A stretch of DNA of 64,000 nucleotides from assembly GCA_902783625.1 (NCBI GenBank), contig CACZRN010000013.1, forward strand, positions 979 to 64,978, read 5' to 3'. This document shows, piece after piece, positions 29,868 to 38,806 of the stretch. Under the pieces are notes generated by a model that saw only the letters and a list, made by a program, of their open reading frames with translations, did not search any database and had not been told where the DNA came from. Source of the DNA: an uncultured Prevotellaceae bacterium (lineage in GTDB: Bacteria > Bacteroidota > Bacteroidia > Bacteroidales > Bacteroidaceae). Both the position numbers and the translations under genes were made by a program. Numbering within the stretch: position 1 is the first letter of the stretch; each line of letters starts with the position of its first letter.

Positions 29868-30006
29868 GCCCCCTATAATCCCCCAAGGGGGATGGCTAAT
29901 CTGTTAATATGTTAATGCTCGCAAATGAAATCTAAAGTTCTGCTCGACGTTGCCCCTGCGGGGGAGAGCAGAGAACTTTGATTGAATTAAGAGGATCAAC
30001 GAAGTT

Positions 30007-30030
30007 AATCCGTAAATCCGTAAATCCGTA
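30007..30030 (+). repeat. (AATCCGTA)x3 tandem repeat immediately before the response-regulator start
   Basis: aatccgta aatccgta aatccgta aat ATG. Confidence 0.85.
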
Positions 30031-30033
30031 AAT

Positions 30034-30765
30034 ATGTCAATCCGCTGCCTTGCCATCGACGACGAGCCCCTGGCCCTCCGTCAACTCGCACAATATATTG
30101 AGAAGATACACTACCTCGAACTAGTCGGGCAGTGCCATAGCGCGCTCGACGCACAACAGCTGATGGAGCGCGAGCACATCGATGCCATATTCATCGATAT
30201 CAACATGCCCGACCTCAACGGCCTGCAGTTCATACGCTCACTCGAGCAGCCGCCAATTGTCGTGCTCACCACAGCCTACTCAGAGTATGCCCTCGACGGA
30301 TACAAAGTCAATGCCGTCGATTATCTCCTCAAGCCCTTCAGCTTCGACGAGTTCAACCAAGCCGCAGGGAAAGTGAAACGCCAATATGAACTCACCCACA
30401 GCCTTGCCACCGACGACATCAGTACACGCCACGACGGCAACCTGTTCGTGAAGACCGAACACCGACATGTGAAAATCAGTGTCGCCGACATACTCTATAT
30501 CGAAGGGATGAGCGAGTACGTGAAGATTCACTTCTGCAACGACACCCATGCCCTCACCATACTCACAAGCATGAAAAAACTCGAGGACCTGCTGCCCCCT
30601 GCCACCTTTATGCGCATACATCGCTCATACATCGTAAATCTAAACCATGTCACCGAAGTGAATAAAAGCCGTGTTGCCCTTGTCGGCGACGTCAGTCTGC
30701 CCATCGGCGATCTCTACCGCGACGTCCTGCGACAATACCTCGACAGCCACACCCTCAGCAAGTGA
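30034..30765 (+). CDS. LytTR family response regulator
   Basis: IDDEPLA, DINMPD.NG, TTAYSEYA, DYLLKP, FMRIHRSYIVN. Confidence 0.95.
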   Translation: MSIRCLAIDDEPLALRQLAQYIEKIHYLELVGQCHSALDAQQLMEREHIDAIFIDINMPDLNGLQFIRSLEQPPIVVLTTAYSEYALDGYKVNAVDYLLKPFSFDEFNQAAGKVKRQYELTHSLATDDISTRHDGNLFVKTEHRHVKISVADILYIEGMSEYVKIHFCNDTHALTILTSMKKLEDLLPPATFMRIHRSYIVNLNHVTEVNKSRVALVGDVSLPIGDLYRDVLRQYLDSHTLSK

Positions 30766-30913
30766 ACACATCAGCGTGCGGCCCACCCCTGCTGCAATGC
30801 CCCTACGCCACACTACCGCAACGGCAGCAGGCGAGCCATGCAGGCAGAGAGAGACACTCTGCCGGATGAACTGAGAACCAAGACCGTCGGGAGACATATT
30901 TTCCCTGACAAAT

Positions 30914-30996
30914 AAATTTGCTAGCAAAATTTTTAATAGAAAGCCTCTTTGACGACAATAAAGGGCCTCTTCAATGACAATTTTGCTAGCAAAATT
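30914..30996. repeat. Phased-dyad intergenic element copy 2 (cap-2 units-cap)
   Basis: TTTGCTAGCAAA caps centred at 30922.5 and 30987.5. Confidence 0.9.
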
Positions 30997-31122
30997 TTTC
31001 AATGCACAATGCAGAGTGAAGAGCCATCGCGCTGCCGCAAGGTCTTATAATGGTGATATTGCGCCTCATGTGTAACCTCAACGTCGCTGCCTCGCCGCAG
31101 ATCATCAGGATGGCGATACGTT

Positions 31123-31160
31123 AATAGCCGGCAGCGAACCGATTGTCGCTGCCGGCTATT
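31123..31160. terminator. Hairpin terminator between convergent genes
   Basis: aatagccggcagcga-accgattg-tcgctgccggctatt perfect 15-bp stem. Confidence 0.75.
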
Positions 31161-31228
31161 GTTGCTGTTATCGCCGTCGTGGTTGTTATGTGCGGGGCGC
31201 TACGGTTTCTCATTGCCCCGACAGCATC

Positions 31229-33430
31229 CTACCATCCCATGCCTCCCGAGCTGTATTGTGTTGCCTTTGCCGTCTTCGACGTGTTGCCGAGTGTGATGGT
31301 ATAGCTGTTTCCTGCTGTCATGCCTGGCGCGGTAACGATTATCGAGCCGTTTGAGAAGGAGTATGCTGGCATCTGGAATGAGGCGAGCACGGTGCTGCCG
31401 CTCTTCAGCGTGACGGTGCTATTGGCGCTCACACCTCCCGAGGTGGTTACATAGCACTGCGTGGACTGCGCCTTGGTGGGGTGAGAGTTGTTGCCGCCAA
31501 TACCGAACAACTGTCCTCCGGTGAAATAGACTGTCGCTCCACCTTCCTCGTTGGCATCGATGCCACACTCTGGAGTTCGTGACCCTATTGCCACCACTGT
31601 GCCGCCACTGAGACGAATATTGCCGTTGGCATCGAGGGCGTCGCCAGTCTTGTTACCGCCTCCTCCGCCACCAGGCCCCCAGCCGCCACCGCCGCCTGAT
31701 GATGTAGCCTTGGTACCTGTGGCAACAGCATACACGGTGCCACCGCTGATGGTCATATCTTTGGTGCAATTGATACCGTCGTCGGCATTGGAGATACCTG
31801 TCACCATGCCACCTTTGACGGTGAGTGTTGTCTTGCTCTCTATACTCTCGTGATAGTCGGCTGTCGCCTTCACGGTGCCGCCGCTGATGGTAATGGCGCC
31901 GTCGGCTTTAATACCTTTTGCCGCTTTGCTATACGTGCCGCCCTTGTTGTAGTTTGTGCCGGTGACGGTAACGGTGACATCGCCGTCGGAAATGTCAATA
32001 GTGTTATCGCTGCTGATACCCTTTCCGCCTTGTCCAGAACTCTGTGCCGTGACGGTGCCACCGCTTATTACGACAGTGCCGCCCTTGAATCCGGCGCAAC
32101 CTGAGAGATCTGTTCCGCTGCCACAATAGCCTCCCGACGTGGTAGCCGATGCTTTGCCACCGCTGATGGTGAGCACACCGTCGGCCTTTATGCCTTTGCT
32201 GCCGGCTCCCGAGGTGGTAACAGTGACGTCGGCCTCATCGCTGATGGTGACATCGCCGTCGGCTTTTATGCCTCCTGCCTTGCGAATGCTGCTGCCGCTG
32301 CCATAGATGGCTCCAGTGGATGTGGCCTTGACAGTGCCTCCGCTGAGCAGGATGTATCCGTCGCTGTTAACGACGCGACTGCCGGCTCCCGAGCACGACA
32401 TGGTGAGCTCGCCGCCGCTTATCTCGACGCCGATACCACTCTTCAGGCACGCTGCATATGCATAGTCGGTAGCATCTGATGTGTCAGGGGCTCCGTTGGC
32501 TGAGAGTGTCAGTGTTCCACCGGAGATGAGCATGGTGGAATCGCACGTGATGGCTTTGGCACCTGCAGCAGTGGCAGCAATGTCGAGCGTGCCACCTTTG
32601 ATGATAACCTTGCCATCGTCGGCGTCGCCTTTCCCATCCATTGCCACGGAAATACCGTCGTCACCGATATTCTTAAGCGTCACGGTGCCGCCGTTCATCT
32701 TGAAGTATTGATTCACATTGAAACCGTCGCCCACTGCCTTGAGCACATTGATGGTGCCTGCGGTTTTCTTCACCTCCACATACTCGTCGCCCCAGAAGGC
32801 GTGCTTCATGTTACCCGTGAGGTTCAGTGTGCCGCCACCCCTCAGTTCTGTATGTCCGTTCACCATCAGACAACCCTTTTGGTCGCCACTGGTGCCATCG
32901 GCAAGAGTGTTCGCAGTTCCGTCGGCAAGCTCGATACTAATACGCTTACCGTCGTCGATGCGGATGGCATACCCGTCGGCATTGGTCAGGCTAAGTCCAT
33001 TGAGCACAAACGAGGCTTTCAGCTCACCGTCCATATAGAACGAGCCATCGCTGCTCTGCCCCGAGAGTGTGTAGGTTATCTCATCGGCCTGATCGCTGCC
33101 TTGAACAATGCTCACATCGGCACCTTTAGCCACGACATCGAGATTCTTCATCACATTGCCAGCCACCGTCACCGCAGCAGTGTTGCCGTCATAGACGACG
33201 CCAACGGTATTATCTACCACCGCAGTGGCATCGACATACATATTATCTATCTCGCTTATTTTAAAGGTCTTGCCCATGATGGAGAGTGTGGCTCCATCGT
33301 CATAAAGCATATCACCAGCCTGTGATGCCGGCACCTGATATGTCACCTCGCCCACAACCACATTAAGTGTCTGGCTGATGGCAGCATGCACACAGCACAA
33401 GGCCGTAAGAATTAATATGGTCTTCTTCAT
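31229..33430 (-). CDS. Secreted Cthe_2159/DUF4353-like beta-helix protein, paralogue 2 (expanded coils)
   Basis: Clear homology to 9808-11271 (EITYTLSG.S..GSF.MDGELKA, GKR, KGCL..NGH); many ISGG/KGIKAD coils; GGGGGWGPGGGGG loop. Confidence 0.78.
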   Translation of the reverse strand: MKKTILILTALCCVHAAISQTLNVVVGEVTYQVPASQAGDMLYDDGATLSIMGKTFKISEIDNMYVDATAVVDNTVGVVYDGNTAAVTVAGNVMKNLDVVAKGADVSIVQGSDQADEITYTLSGQSSDGSFYMDGELKASFVLNGLSLTNADGYAIRIDDGKRISIELADGTANTLADGTSGDQKGCLMVNGHTELRGGGTLNLTGNMKHAFWGDEYVEVKKTAGTINVLKAVGDGFNVNQYFKMNGGTVTLKNIGDDGISVAMDGKGDADDGKVIIKGGTLDIAATAAGAKAITCDSTMLISGGTLTLSANGAPDTSDATDYAYAACLKSGIGVEISGGELTMSCSGAGSRVVNSDGYILLSGGTVKATSTGAIYGSGSSIRKAGGIKADGDVTISDEADVTVTTSGAGSKGIKADGVLTISGGKASATTSGGYCGSGTDLSGCAGFKGGTVVISGGTVTAQSSGQGGKGISSDNTIDISDGDVTVTVTGTNYNKGGTYSKAAKGIKADGAITISGGTVKATADYHESIESKTTLTVKGGMVTGISNADDGINCTKDMTISGGTVYAVATGTKATSSGGGGGWGPGGGGGGNKTGDALDANGNIRLSGGTVVAIGSRTPECGIDANEEGGATVYFTGGQLFGIGGNNSHPTKAQSTQCYVTTSGGVSANSTVTLKSGSTVLASFQMPAYSFSNGSIIVTAPGMTAGNSYTITLGNTSKTAKATQYSSGGMGW

Positions 33431-33834
33431 CTTATTGCAATTTTAGTAGTTTTGTCTTTTTGCTTGATTACGTACATCCCTGCTTTCAGCTTACTCTTGG
33501 CCACTGCCATAGTAGGATATTTTCCAACGAAAACTCCTGCCACCGAATAGACTTCCACCTGCGATGTGCTGCCGTCGACAGTCACCTCACTAATGCCTGT
33601 CGGGGTGTCGGTGAAATACATCTTCGTCAGGTCGGTAAGCAGAAATTGTTTTGTTCCATCGCCATTCACAGCGACAAGTTTACCATCAGCAAACGTTATT
33701 GTCAAGTCGGTCACCGAGACAGTCTGGCTGACACCATTGCTATTGGTAAACGCAAGATAGTTGTACTCAAAACCGTCGGCAAAGGCGGCAGGAGCACAAG
33801 CTATTACCATCAATACTAATAATAATCTTTTCAT
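33427..33834 (-). CDS. Small secreted protein with T9SS C-terminal sorting domain, copy 2
   Basis: Homologous to 11268-11669 (Y.YL.F, TITFADG, MYF); C-terminus VYSVAG...LKAGMYVI...KIAIR; ATGA overlap. Confidence 0.75.
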   Translation of the reverse strand: MKRLLLVLMVIACAPAAFADGFEYNYLAFTNSNGVSQTVSVTDLTITFADGKLVAVNGDGTKQFLLTDLTKMYFTDTPTGISEVTVDGSTSQVEVYSVAGVFVGKYPTMAVAKSKLKAGMYVIKQKDKTTKIAIR

Positions 33835-33866
33835 ATTCTATACATCTGATACTCTTAGCTGTAATG

Positions 33867-33922
33867 CAAATTTACGAAAACCCGCCTGTTTGCAGAAAAA
33901 TAATCAGCAAACAGGCGAGTTT
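33867..33922 (-). promoter_or_regulatory. Terminator hairpin of the upstream operon next to a -7 box (TAAATTTG) for the 33834/33430 pair
   Basis: cgcctgtttgc...gcaaacaggcg stem, then TAAATTTG at 33874-33867. Confidence 0.6.
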
Positions 33923-33946
33923 GTTAAGTGAAACCGAAATATGCGG

Positions 33947-35155
33947 TTAATACTCTAGAATAACAAATCTCTCTGTTTTCTTGTATTTTGTCCATCCACT
34001 GCCGATGACGAGACTACCGTCGGCATCGAGGGGTTTTGAGTATGCGCTATAGCAGAATAATTTCCCTGCGCTGACAATGATATCCTCGTCGCTTTTTATC
34101 GTTTTCGGAGCGCCAATGCCTTTCTCTCCAAGCGTGACAGCGGTAATATCACCACCGCCGATGGTAATGCTCTTAGTAGCATTGATGGCCTTGCCTCCCA
34201 TACCAGTGCTCTTCAAACGAAGTGTGCCTGCGGTAATGGTGAACGTGCTGTCGCACTTCATTGCGGCACATGAAGTTGTGTCGTTACCCTCGACAATGCT
34301 CTGACCAGTGGTAATGACAGTGGTGCGACCACCGCTTACATTTATATACCCATCGGTGTTGATGCCCTTGGAACCACGGAAACTAACCTCGGCATTGATT
34401 ACACTGCCGCGGATGTCGATGCCGTCGTTAGCCTTAATGCCATGACCGGCTGTTGAGTTAACGTAGAACTTACTGCCAGGACGGAAGATAATATAGTCGT
34501 CGCTGGCAATGGCATGACGGTGTTTCCCATACACACGCAACTCTCCTGTGCCGCTGAATACGATCTGTCCTTCGCTGAAGAAAGCGCCTTTCTCATCCTC
34601 GGATGTCTCTGAGGCATACTCCTCGCCATCAGTGATTGTGTTCACCGAGCCAGGAGCGAGCACCACATACATATGTTTACCAGCCTGATTATTGATGGCT
34701 GCACCCTCAGGATTTGTAAGCGTAAGACCTGCAAGGGTGAGCTGAAATTTATATGAACTGTAAATCTTCAATGATCCATTGCTGCTTGAACCGCTGACGA
34801 GGTACTCTACTTCCTTCGAATAAGAGTCGATGATGACATGTGCTCCGCTAATCACCACATCCACATCATCGACATCGCCGCTCACAGTGGCAGTGGTGCC
34901 ATTGTAAACAATCGCCACCTGATTGGTGAAAGGACTGTTCTCAACATAGTCGTTATCCAACTCGTCGATAATCTCTGTCGGCTCCACAAGGTCGGTGTTG
35001 TCAATCTCAATATCTGGGACATCTACCTTCTCGTTGTCGCTGATGATGTCGGAAAAGTCAGTATCGTCGCTAACGCATCCCACCATGGCGAAGATGAGCA
35101 ACGAGGCCATCAGCCGTGGCAGAACATATGTATATGTCAGTACACTTTTTTTCAT
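33947..35155 (-). CDS. Cthe_2159/DUF4353-like beta-helix lipoprotein, paralogue 3
   Basis: Lipobox MVGC followed by acidic residues; LTLTNP.GAAINNQ.GK, EDEKGA.FSEGQ, HAIASDDY, GIKAND. Confidence 0.8.
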   Translation of the reverse strand: MKKSVLTYTYVLPRLMASLLIFAMVGCVSDDTDFSDIISDNEKVDVPDIEIDNTDLVEPTEIIDELDNDYVENSPFTNQVAIVYNGTTATVSGDVDDVDVVISGAHVIIDSYSKEVEYLVSGSSSNGSLKIYSSYKFQLTLAGLTLTNPEGAAINNQAGKHMYVVLAPGSVNTITDGEEYASETSEDEKGAFFSEGQIVFSGTGELRVYGKHRHAIASDDYIIFRPGSKFYVNSTAGHGIKANDGIDIRGSVINAEVSFRGSKGINTDGYINVSGGRTTVITTGQSIVEGNDTTSCAAMKCDSTFTITAGTLRLKSTGMGGKAINATKSITIGGGDITAVTLGEKGIGAPKTIKSDEDIIVSAGKLFCYSAYSKPLDADGSLVIGSGWTKYKKTERFVILEY

Positions 35156-35895
35156 CAGAATTTATATTTATAGCTTAAACCTAAAACATGGCGGTTGGGA
35201 TCGTTGTCGCCATCGAAATTGTTGACTGCCTGATAGCGATAGTAGAGACTGAAGGTGTGAATCTTCTTGAGTTTGTAGTCGACTCCAGCGGTATATCTCA
35301 CCCTCTCCAACCTAAGGGCATTGAACAACTCCACGCTGGCATAGGGATCTACCTTGCACTTAGGAATGTCGTATTCCACCGTAAGCCGCGAGCGAAGCAT
35401 GTTCTTCCCCTTGCTACGCACGTTAGTATCCTCCCAATATGCATTGTCGAAATCGTAGCGTGTTGTGGTTTTCGAAGGGCGATACGTGTATTGCCACCTT
35501 TCGCGCAGTGAAAACTCAAAGCGACCGAACTTCTTGCTGCCGGTGACATTAATCATCACGCGGTGGCTGCTGGCCCAATACGAGGGCCGCCAGTTGTTGT
35601 AATTGCCGTCAGGGTTGTAAGTTATCTTCTCCTTGACATTGTCGAGCATGAACATATAGCCAGCGCTGATCTTGATTCCTTTCACAGGCTTGAAGTTCAC
35701 ATCGGCCTCAAAATTCCAACAGTCGGCAGTGCGGGTATTGTTGCGTGTACGGAATTCCACTTCGCCTTCCACGCTCCATTTCTTGTCTATCTTCTTCTCG
35801 GCATTAACGGTATACCATATACCGAAGTCATCACTCTGAGCATGAGCGACGAGCAACGGACAAAGAAGCATCAGCGATAAAAAAAATCTCTTCAT
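35155..35895 (-). CDS. DUF2490-like outer-membrane beta-barrel protein
   Basis: Signal peptide, amphipathic strands, RERWQY/LRSRL/PYASVE motifs, C-terminal LGLSYKYKF. Confidence 0.75.
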   Translation of the reverse strand: MKRFFLSLMLLCPLLVAHAQSDDFGIWYTVNAEKKIDKKWSVEGEVEFRTRNNTRTADCWNFEADVNFKPVKGIKISAGYMFMLDNVKEKITYNPDGNYNNWRPSYWASSHRVMINVTGSKKFGRFEFSLRERWQYTYRPSKTTTRYDFDNAYWEDTNVRSKGKNMLRSRLTVEYDIPKCKVDPYASVELFNALRLERVRYTAGVDYKLKKIHTFSLYYRYQAVNNFDGDNDPNRHVLGLSYKYKF

Positions 35896-35906
35896 ATGGT
35901 AAACTG

Positions 35907-36581
35907 TTATTTTCCGTTCACATCACTAAGATCCTGGCGCACAAGCTTAATCTTGTGGTTGACGTTGTTGGCTGTTTCATCGCCTTGTGCCTGATATATT
36001 ATTTTTATCACAGCCATGTCGCGAAGGAAATCGATGGCACCCACCTCCACTTTGTCAATCTTCAACCCAGTGCGCTCTTCAAGGTCGGCAATGAGTTCAC
36101 TGCGACGCTCTGGGGTTATCAATGCAATGCGGTCGTATTGAATAATCTTCGAAACTTCTGTCTTCAGCACCCGCTCAAACAGCCATATAGCAGCTATGAC
36201 AATAATATTGGTCAGCAACAGCTCGGCAAGCGACATCGTTGCACCGAGGGCATTCACCACCGACAAGCAGATGATTACGAAAAGATATGTCATCTCACGC
36301 ACCGGCATGGTATCGGTTCGATAGCGCATGATGCTGAAGATGCCGAACAAGCCGATTCCGATACCCATACTCGTCTTGCCTTTCATGTCTTCGAGAACGA
36401 AAATCATGAAGAAAACAAGGAAGAAGATGGCGATGGATATCAACATATAGGTAAAATAGAAATCGCGGCGATGGCTCTTCTTGAAGTAGAGCCGATCGAC
36501 AATTATCCAGTTTACTATCAGACAGATGAAGAATCTGAACAACATTCCACCGAAGTCAGTAGACAATGATAAATCAAACAT
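35907..36581 (-). CDS. DUF4956 family inner-membrane protein
   Basis: GLFGIFSIMRYRT...REMTYLF motif; N-terminal TM helices plus a soluble C-terminal domain. Confidence 0.85.
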   Translation of the reverse strand: MFDLSLSTDFGGMLFRFFICLIVNWIIVDRLYFKKSHRRDFYFTYMLISIAIFFLVFFMIFVLEDMKGKTSMGIGIGLFGIFSIMRYRTDTMPVREMTYLFVIICLSVVNALGATMSLAELLLTNIIVIAAIWLFERVLKTEVSKIIQYDRIALITPERRSELIADLEERTGLKIDKVEVGAIDFLRDMAVIKIIYQAQGDETANNVNHKIKLVRQDLSDVNGK

Positions 36582-36614
36582 AGGTTATTCGTTTTTTTAT
36601 TTGTTTTTAATTAT

Positions 36615-37382
36615 TTACTTATTAAGAAGTCGGCAACCAGTAAGTTTTTCCACCTCAATCATCTTTCTCTTGAAACGGTTCACCCGCAGCGAACTGTTCG
36701 TCATCACCGATCCCATGCAGTATTTGCTGAACCCGTGAGGATGTATCCGCAGGTCGAGCAGCATCTCAAGCACCGGTGAGTAGCACAATCCATCGCGCTT
36801 CAATTCTATCACAACGAAATTGCCCACATCGGTTTTCCTGCCACTTACATGATTATCGAAACATAAGTCGAGATCAATTGTCAGCCGCTCTGTCTTCTGC
36901 TTATTTACCAATGTGATGCGGTTGAAATGATTACTCAGGGCAGGCCTCAGCGTGGCGAGGTCGTAATGAAGATACTTTGTCAGAAATTCACGCTCCTCGT
37001 AGCTCTCCATCAACATATTGTCCACAACCATTCGCTTTTTCTTCGTACGCCCATGGTTGTTTTTCGTCTTCACCTCCATGAACTGCTCCCCGGAATTGTC
37101 GTAAGTGCGGAAGCGCAACTTCTGGCGGTTCGCATGCCCTGTCTGATGTACATAGAACATGTTGAAATCGTAGGTATCGAAGTATGTAGTACTGTATCCT
37201 GACAGTCTCTCACCGTCAACATCCTGGGCAAAATATTCCTCGCGAGCCATCATGAGCAATTTCTCAACCATCTCGCGAGTAGTCACAAATTTTGTGTCTA
37301 TGCGATTCATCAGTCTTATGCCACTCATCTCATCGAGGGTGATGGGGGTATAGCTGCCAATTAGGTTGGTAATATTACTCAT
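36615..37382 (-). CDS. VTC-domain (polyphosphate polymerase, CYTH/TTM fold) protein
   Basis: NRIDTKF, TTYFDT, RQKLRFRTY, EVKTK, RLTID, VIELK, FSKY motifs. Confidence 0.88.
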   Translation of the reverse strand: MSNITNLIGSYTPITLDEMSGIRLMNRIDTKFVTTREMVEKLLMMAREEYFAQDVDGERLSGYSTTYFDTYDFNMFYVHQTGHANRQKLRFRTYDNSGEQFMEVKTKNNHGRTKKKRMVVDNMLMESYEEREFLTKYLHYDLATLRPALSNHFNRITLVNKQKTERLTIDLDLCFDNHVSGRKTDVGNFVVIELKRDGLCYSPVLEMLLDLRIHPHGFSKYCMGSVMTNSSLRVNRFKRKMIEVEKLTGCRLLNK

Positions 37383-37399
37383 AAATCAAATATGCTCCG

Positions 37400-37407
37400 C
37401 AAAAATA
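37400..37407 (-). promoter_or_regulatory. -7 box (TATTTTTG) of the VTC operon
   Basis: TAnnTTTG match 18 nt upstream of the ATG in a divergent intergenic region. Confidence 0.5.
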
Positions 37408-37508
37408 ATATTTTTTGTTCTTAAAAACTAAAAAAATCAACAAAAATGACATTCAAAAAGGTAAATTCACTACTTTTGTCGACTGAAAGATATAAACAAA
37501 GCAAAATC

Positions 37509-38405
37509 ATGAAAGATAAAAGCATAAACGGCCACGTGGCAATAATCCTTGCCAACGTCATTTTCGGCCTTGGTGTTCCTGCAACTAAGTTACTGCTCGA
37601 CAAGTGGGTTACGCCCATGACCTACATGGCTACACGCTGCATAGGGGCAGCACTTATTTTCTGGGCAATATCGCTGTTCCTGCCAAAGGAGAAAGTAGAG
37701 CGCAAAGACCTAATCGTTATCATCATCGGAGGTCTGCTGGGGTTTGTCATCTCACAGACATTCACCGCTTGGGCGCTCAATTTCACAAGCCCTGTCTATT
37801 ATTCGCTCATCGCCACTCTCACCCCAATAGCGGTGCTTATGCTTGCTGTGCCTATTCTCGGTGAGAAGGCATCGGGCACTAAGCTGCTCGGTGTGGTGCT
37901 TGGTATCGCAGGTGCCGCCCTGATGGTGGTGCTTAAATGGCGGTCGGAGGCAGGAAGCAACGACCTGCTGGGGATTTTCCTGGCTCTGATGAGTCTGCTC
38001 ACATGGGCTATCTACCTGATAATCACACGAAAAGTTTCTGAGAAATATAGTCCCGTAACCCAGATGAAATGGGTGTTTCTGGTATCGACAATCGCCGTAT
38101 TGCCTTTCGCATGGAAGGAGTTTCCACAGACTGCCCTCTACGGCAATCCGCTTTCTTCAGCATCGATTGAAGGAGTGGCACTGATGGCATTCATCGTCAT
38201 CTTCGCCACTGTACTGGGCTATTTCATGATTCCCTACGCAATGAAATACCTGCAAGCCACCACAGTGAGTATCTACACCAACCTGCAGCCCGTTGTGGCG
38301 TCGCTCGTGGCAATAGCCATCGGACAAGACATCTTCACATGGGACAAGCCGCTGGCTGCCGTGCTCGTACTTGTGGGAGCATGGTTGGTAACAAATAGGA
38401 AATAG
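37509..38405 (+). CDS. DMT/EamA family transporter
   Basis: About 10 TM segments in two EamA repeats; LGEK, YTNLQPVVA. Confidence 0.88.
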   Translation: MKDKSINGHVAIILANVIFGLGVPATKLLLDKWVTPMTYMATRCIGAALIFWAISLFLPKEKVERKDLIVIIIGGLLGFVISQTFTAWALNFTSPVYYSLIATLTPIAVLMLAVPILGEKASGTKLLGVVLGIAGAALMVVLKWRSEAGSNDLLGIFLALMSLLTWAIYLIITRKVSEKYSPVTQMKWVFLVSTIAVLPFAWKEFPQTALYGNPLSSASIEGVALMAFIVIFATVLGYFMIPYAMKYLQATTVSIYTNLQPVVASLVAIAIGQDIFTWDKPLAAVLVLVGAWLVTNRK

Positions 38406-38525
38406 CACAACAGTTGCCGTGCGAATTATAACAAAGTGCTGACATACAGGCTTTTCTGCGACATAAAACTCTTAAAACCGCCACACGACAACGCGATATC
38501 CTATCCACTTGCGCCGTCTTTAGAA

Positions 38526-38630
38526 AATTTTGCTAGCAAATTTTCGATTAAAAAGGCTCTTTATTGACATTAAAAGGGCTCTTTAATGACATTAGAAAGG
38601 CTCTTTATTGAAAAATTTGCTAGCAAAATT
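38526..38630. repeat. Phased-dyad intergenic element copy 3 (cap-3 units-cap)
   Basis: Caps centred at 38534.5 and 38621.5 (87 bp = 65+22); three att.aa..ggctcttta.tga units. Confidence 0.92.
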
Positions 38631-38757
38631 ATTTGTCAGATTATTTCTATACCGTTTCTCTCTTGTTTTGTTTCTTTAGCAATCGCGCTTCCGAGAAAAA
38701 GTATCAGACATCTTCTATTCATCCGGCAGACAGGAGACCAGAACCCACATACAAATA

Positions 38758-38789
38758 ACCCCGAAAGTCTTCGCACGGCTCTCGGGGTT
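38758..38789 (-). terminator. Terminator hairpin
   Basis: aaccccga...tcggggtt. Confidence 0.55.
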
Positions 38790-38806
38790 GTTATCAGTAT
38801 CTCAAC

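Noticed and set aside
38526-38630. Palindromic repeats as a mini-CRISPR array
   Set aside because: Intervening sequences are repeats of each other, not unique spacers; only two caps per locus; no cas genes
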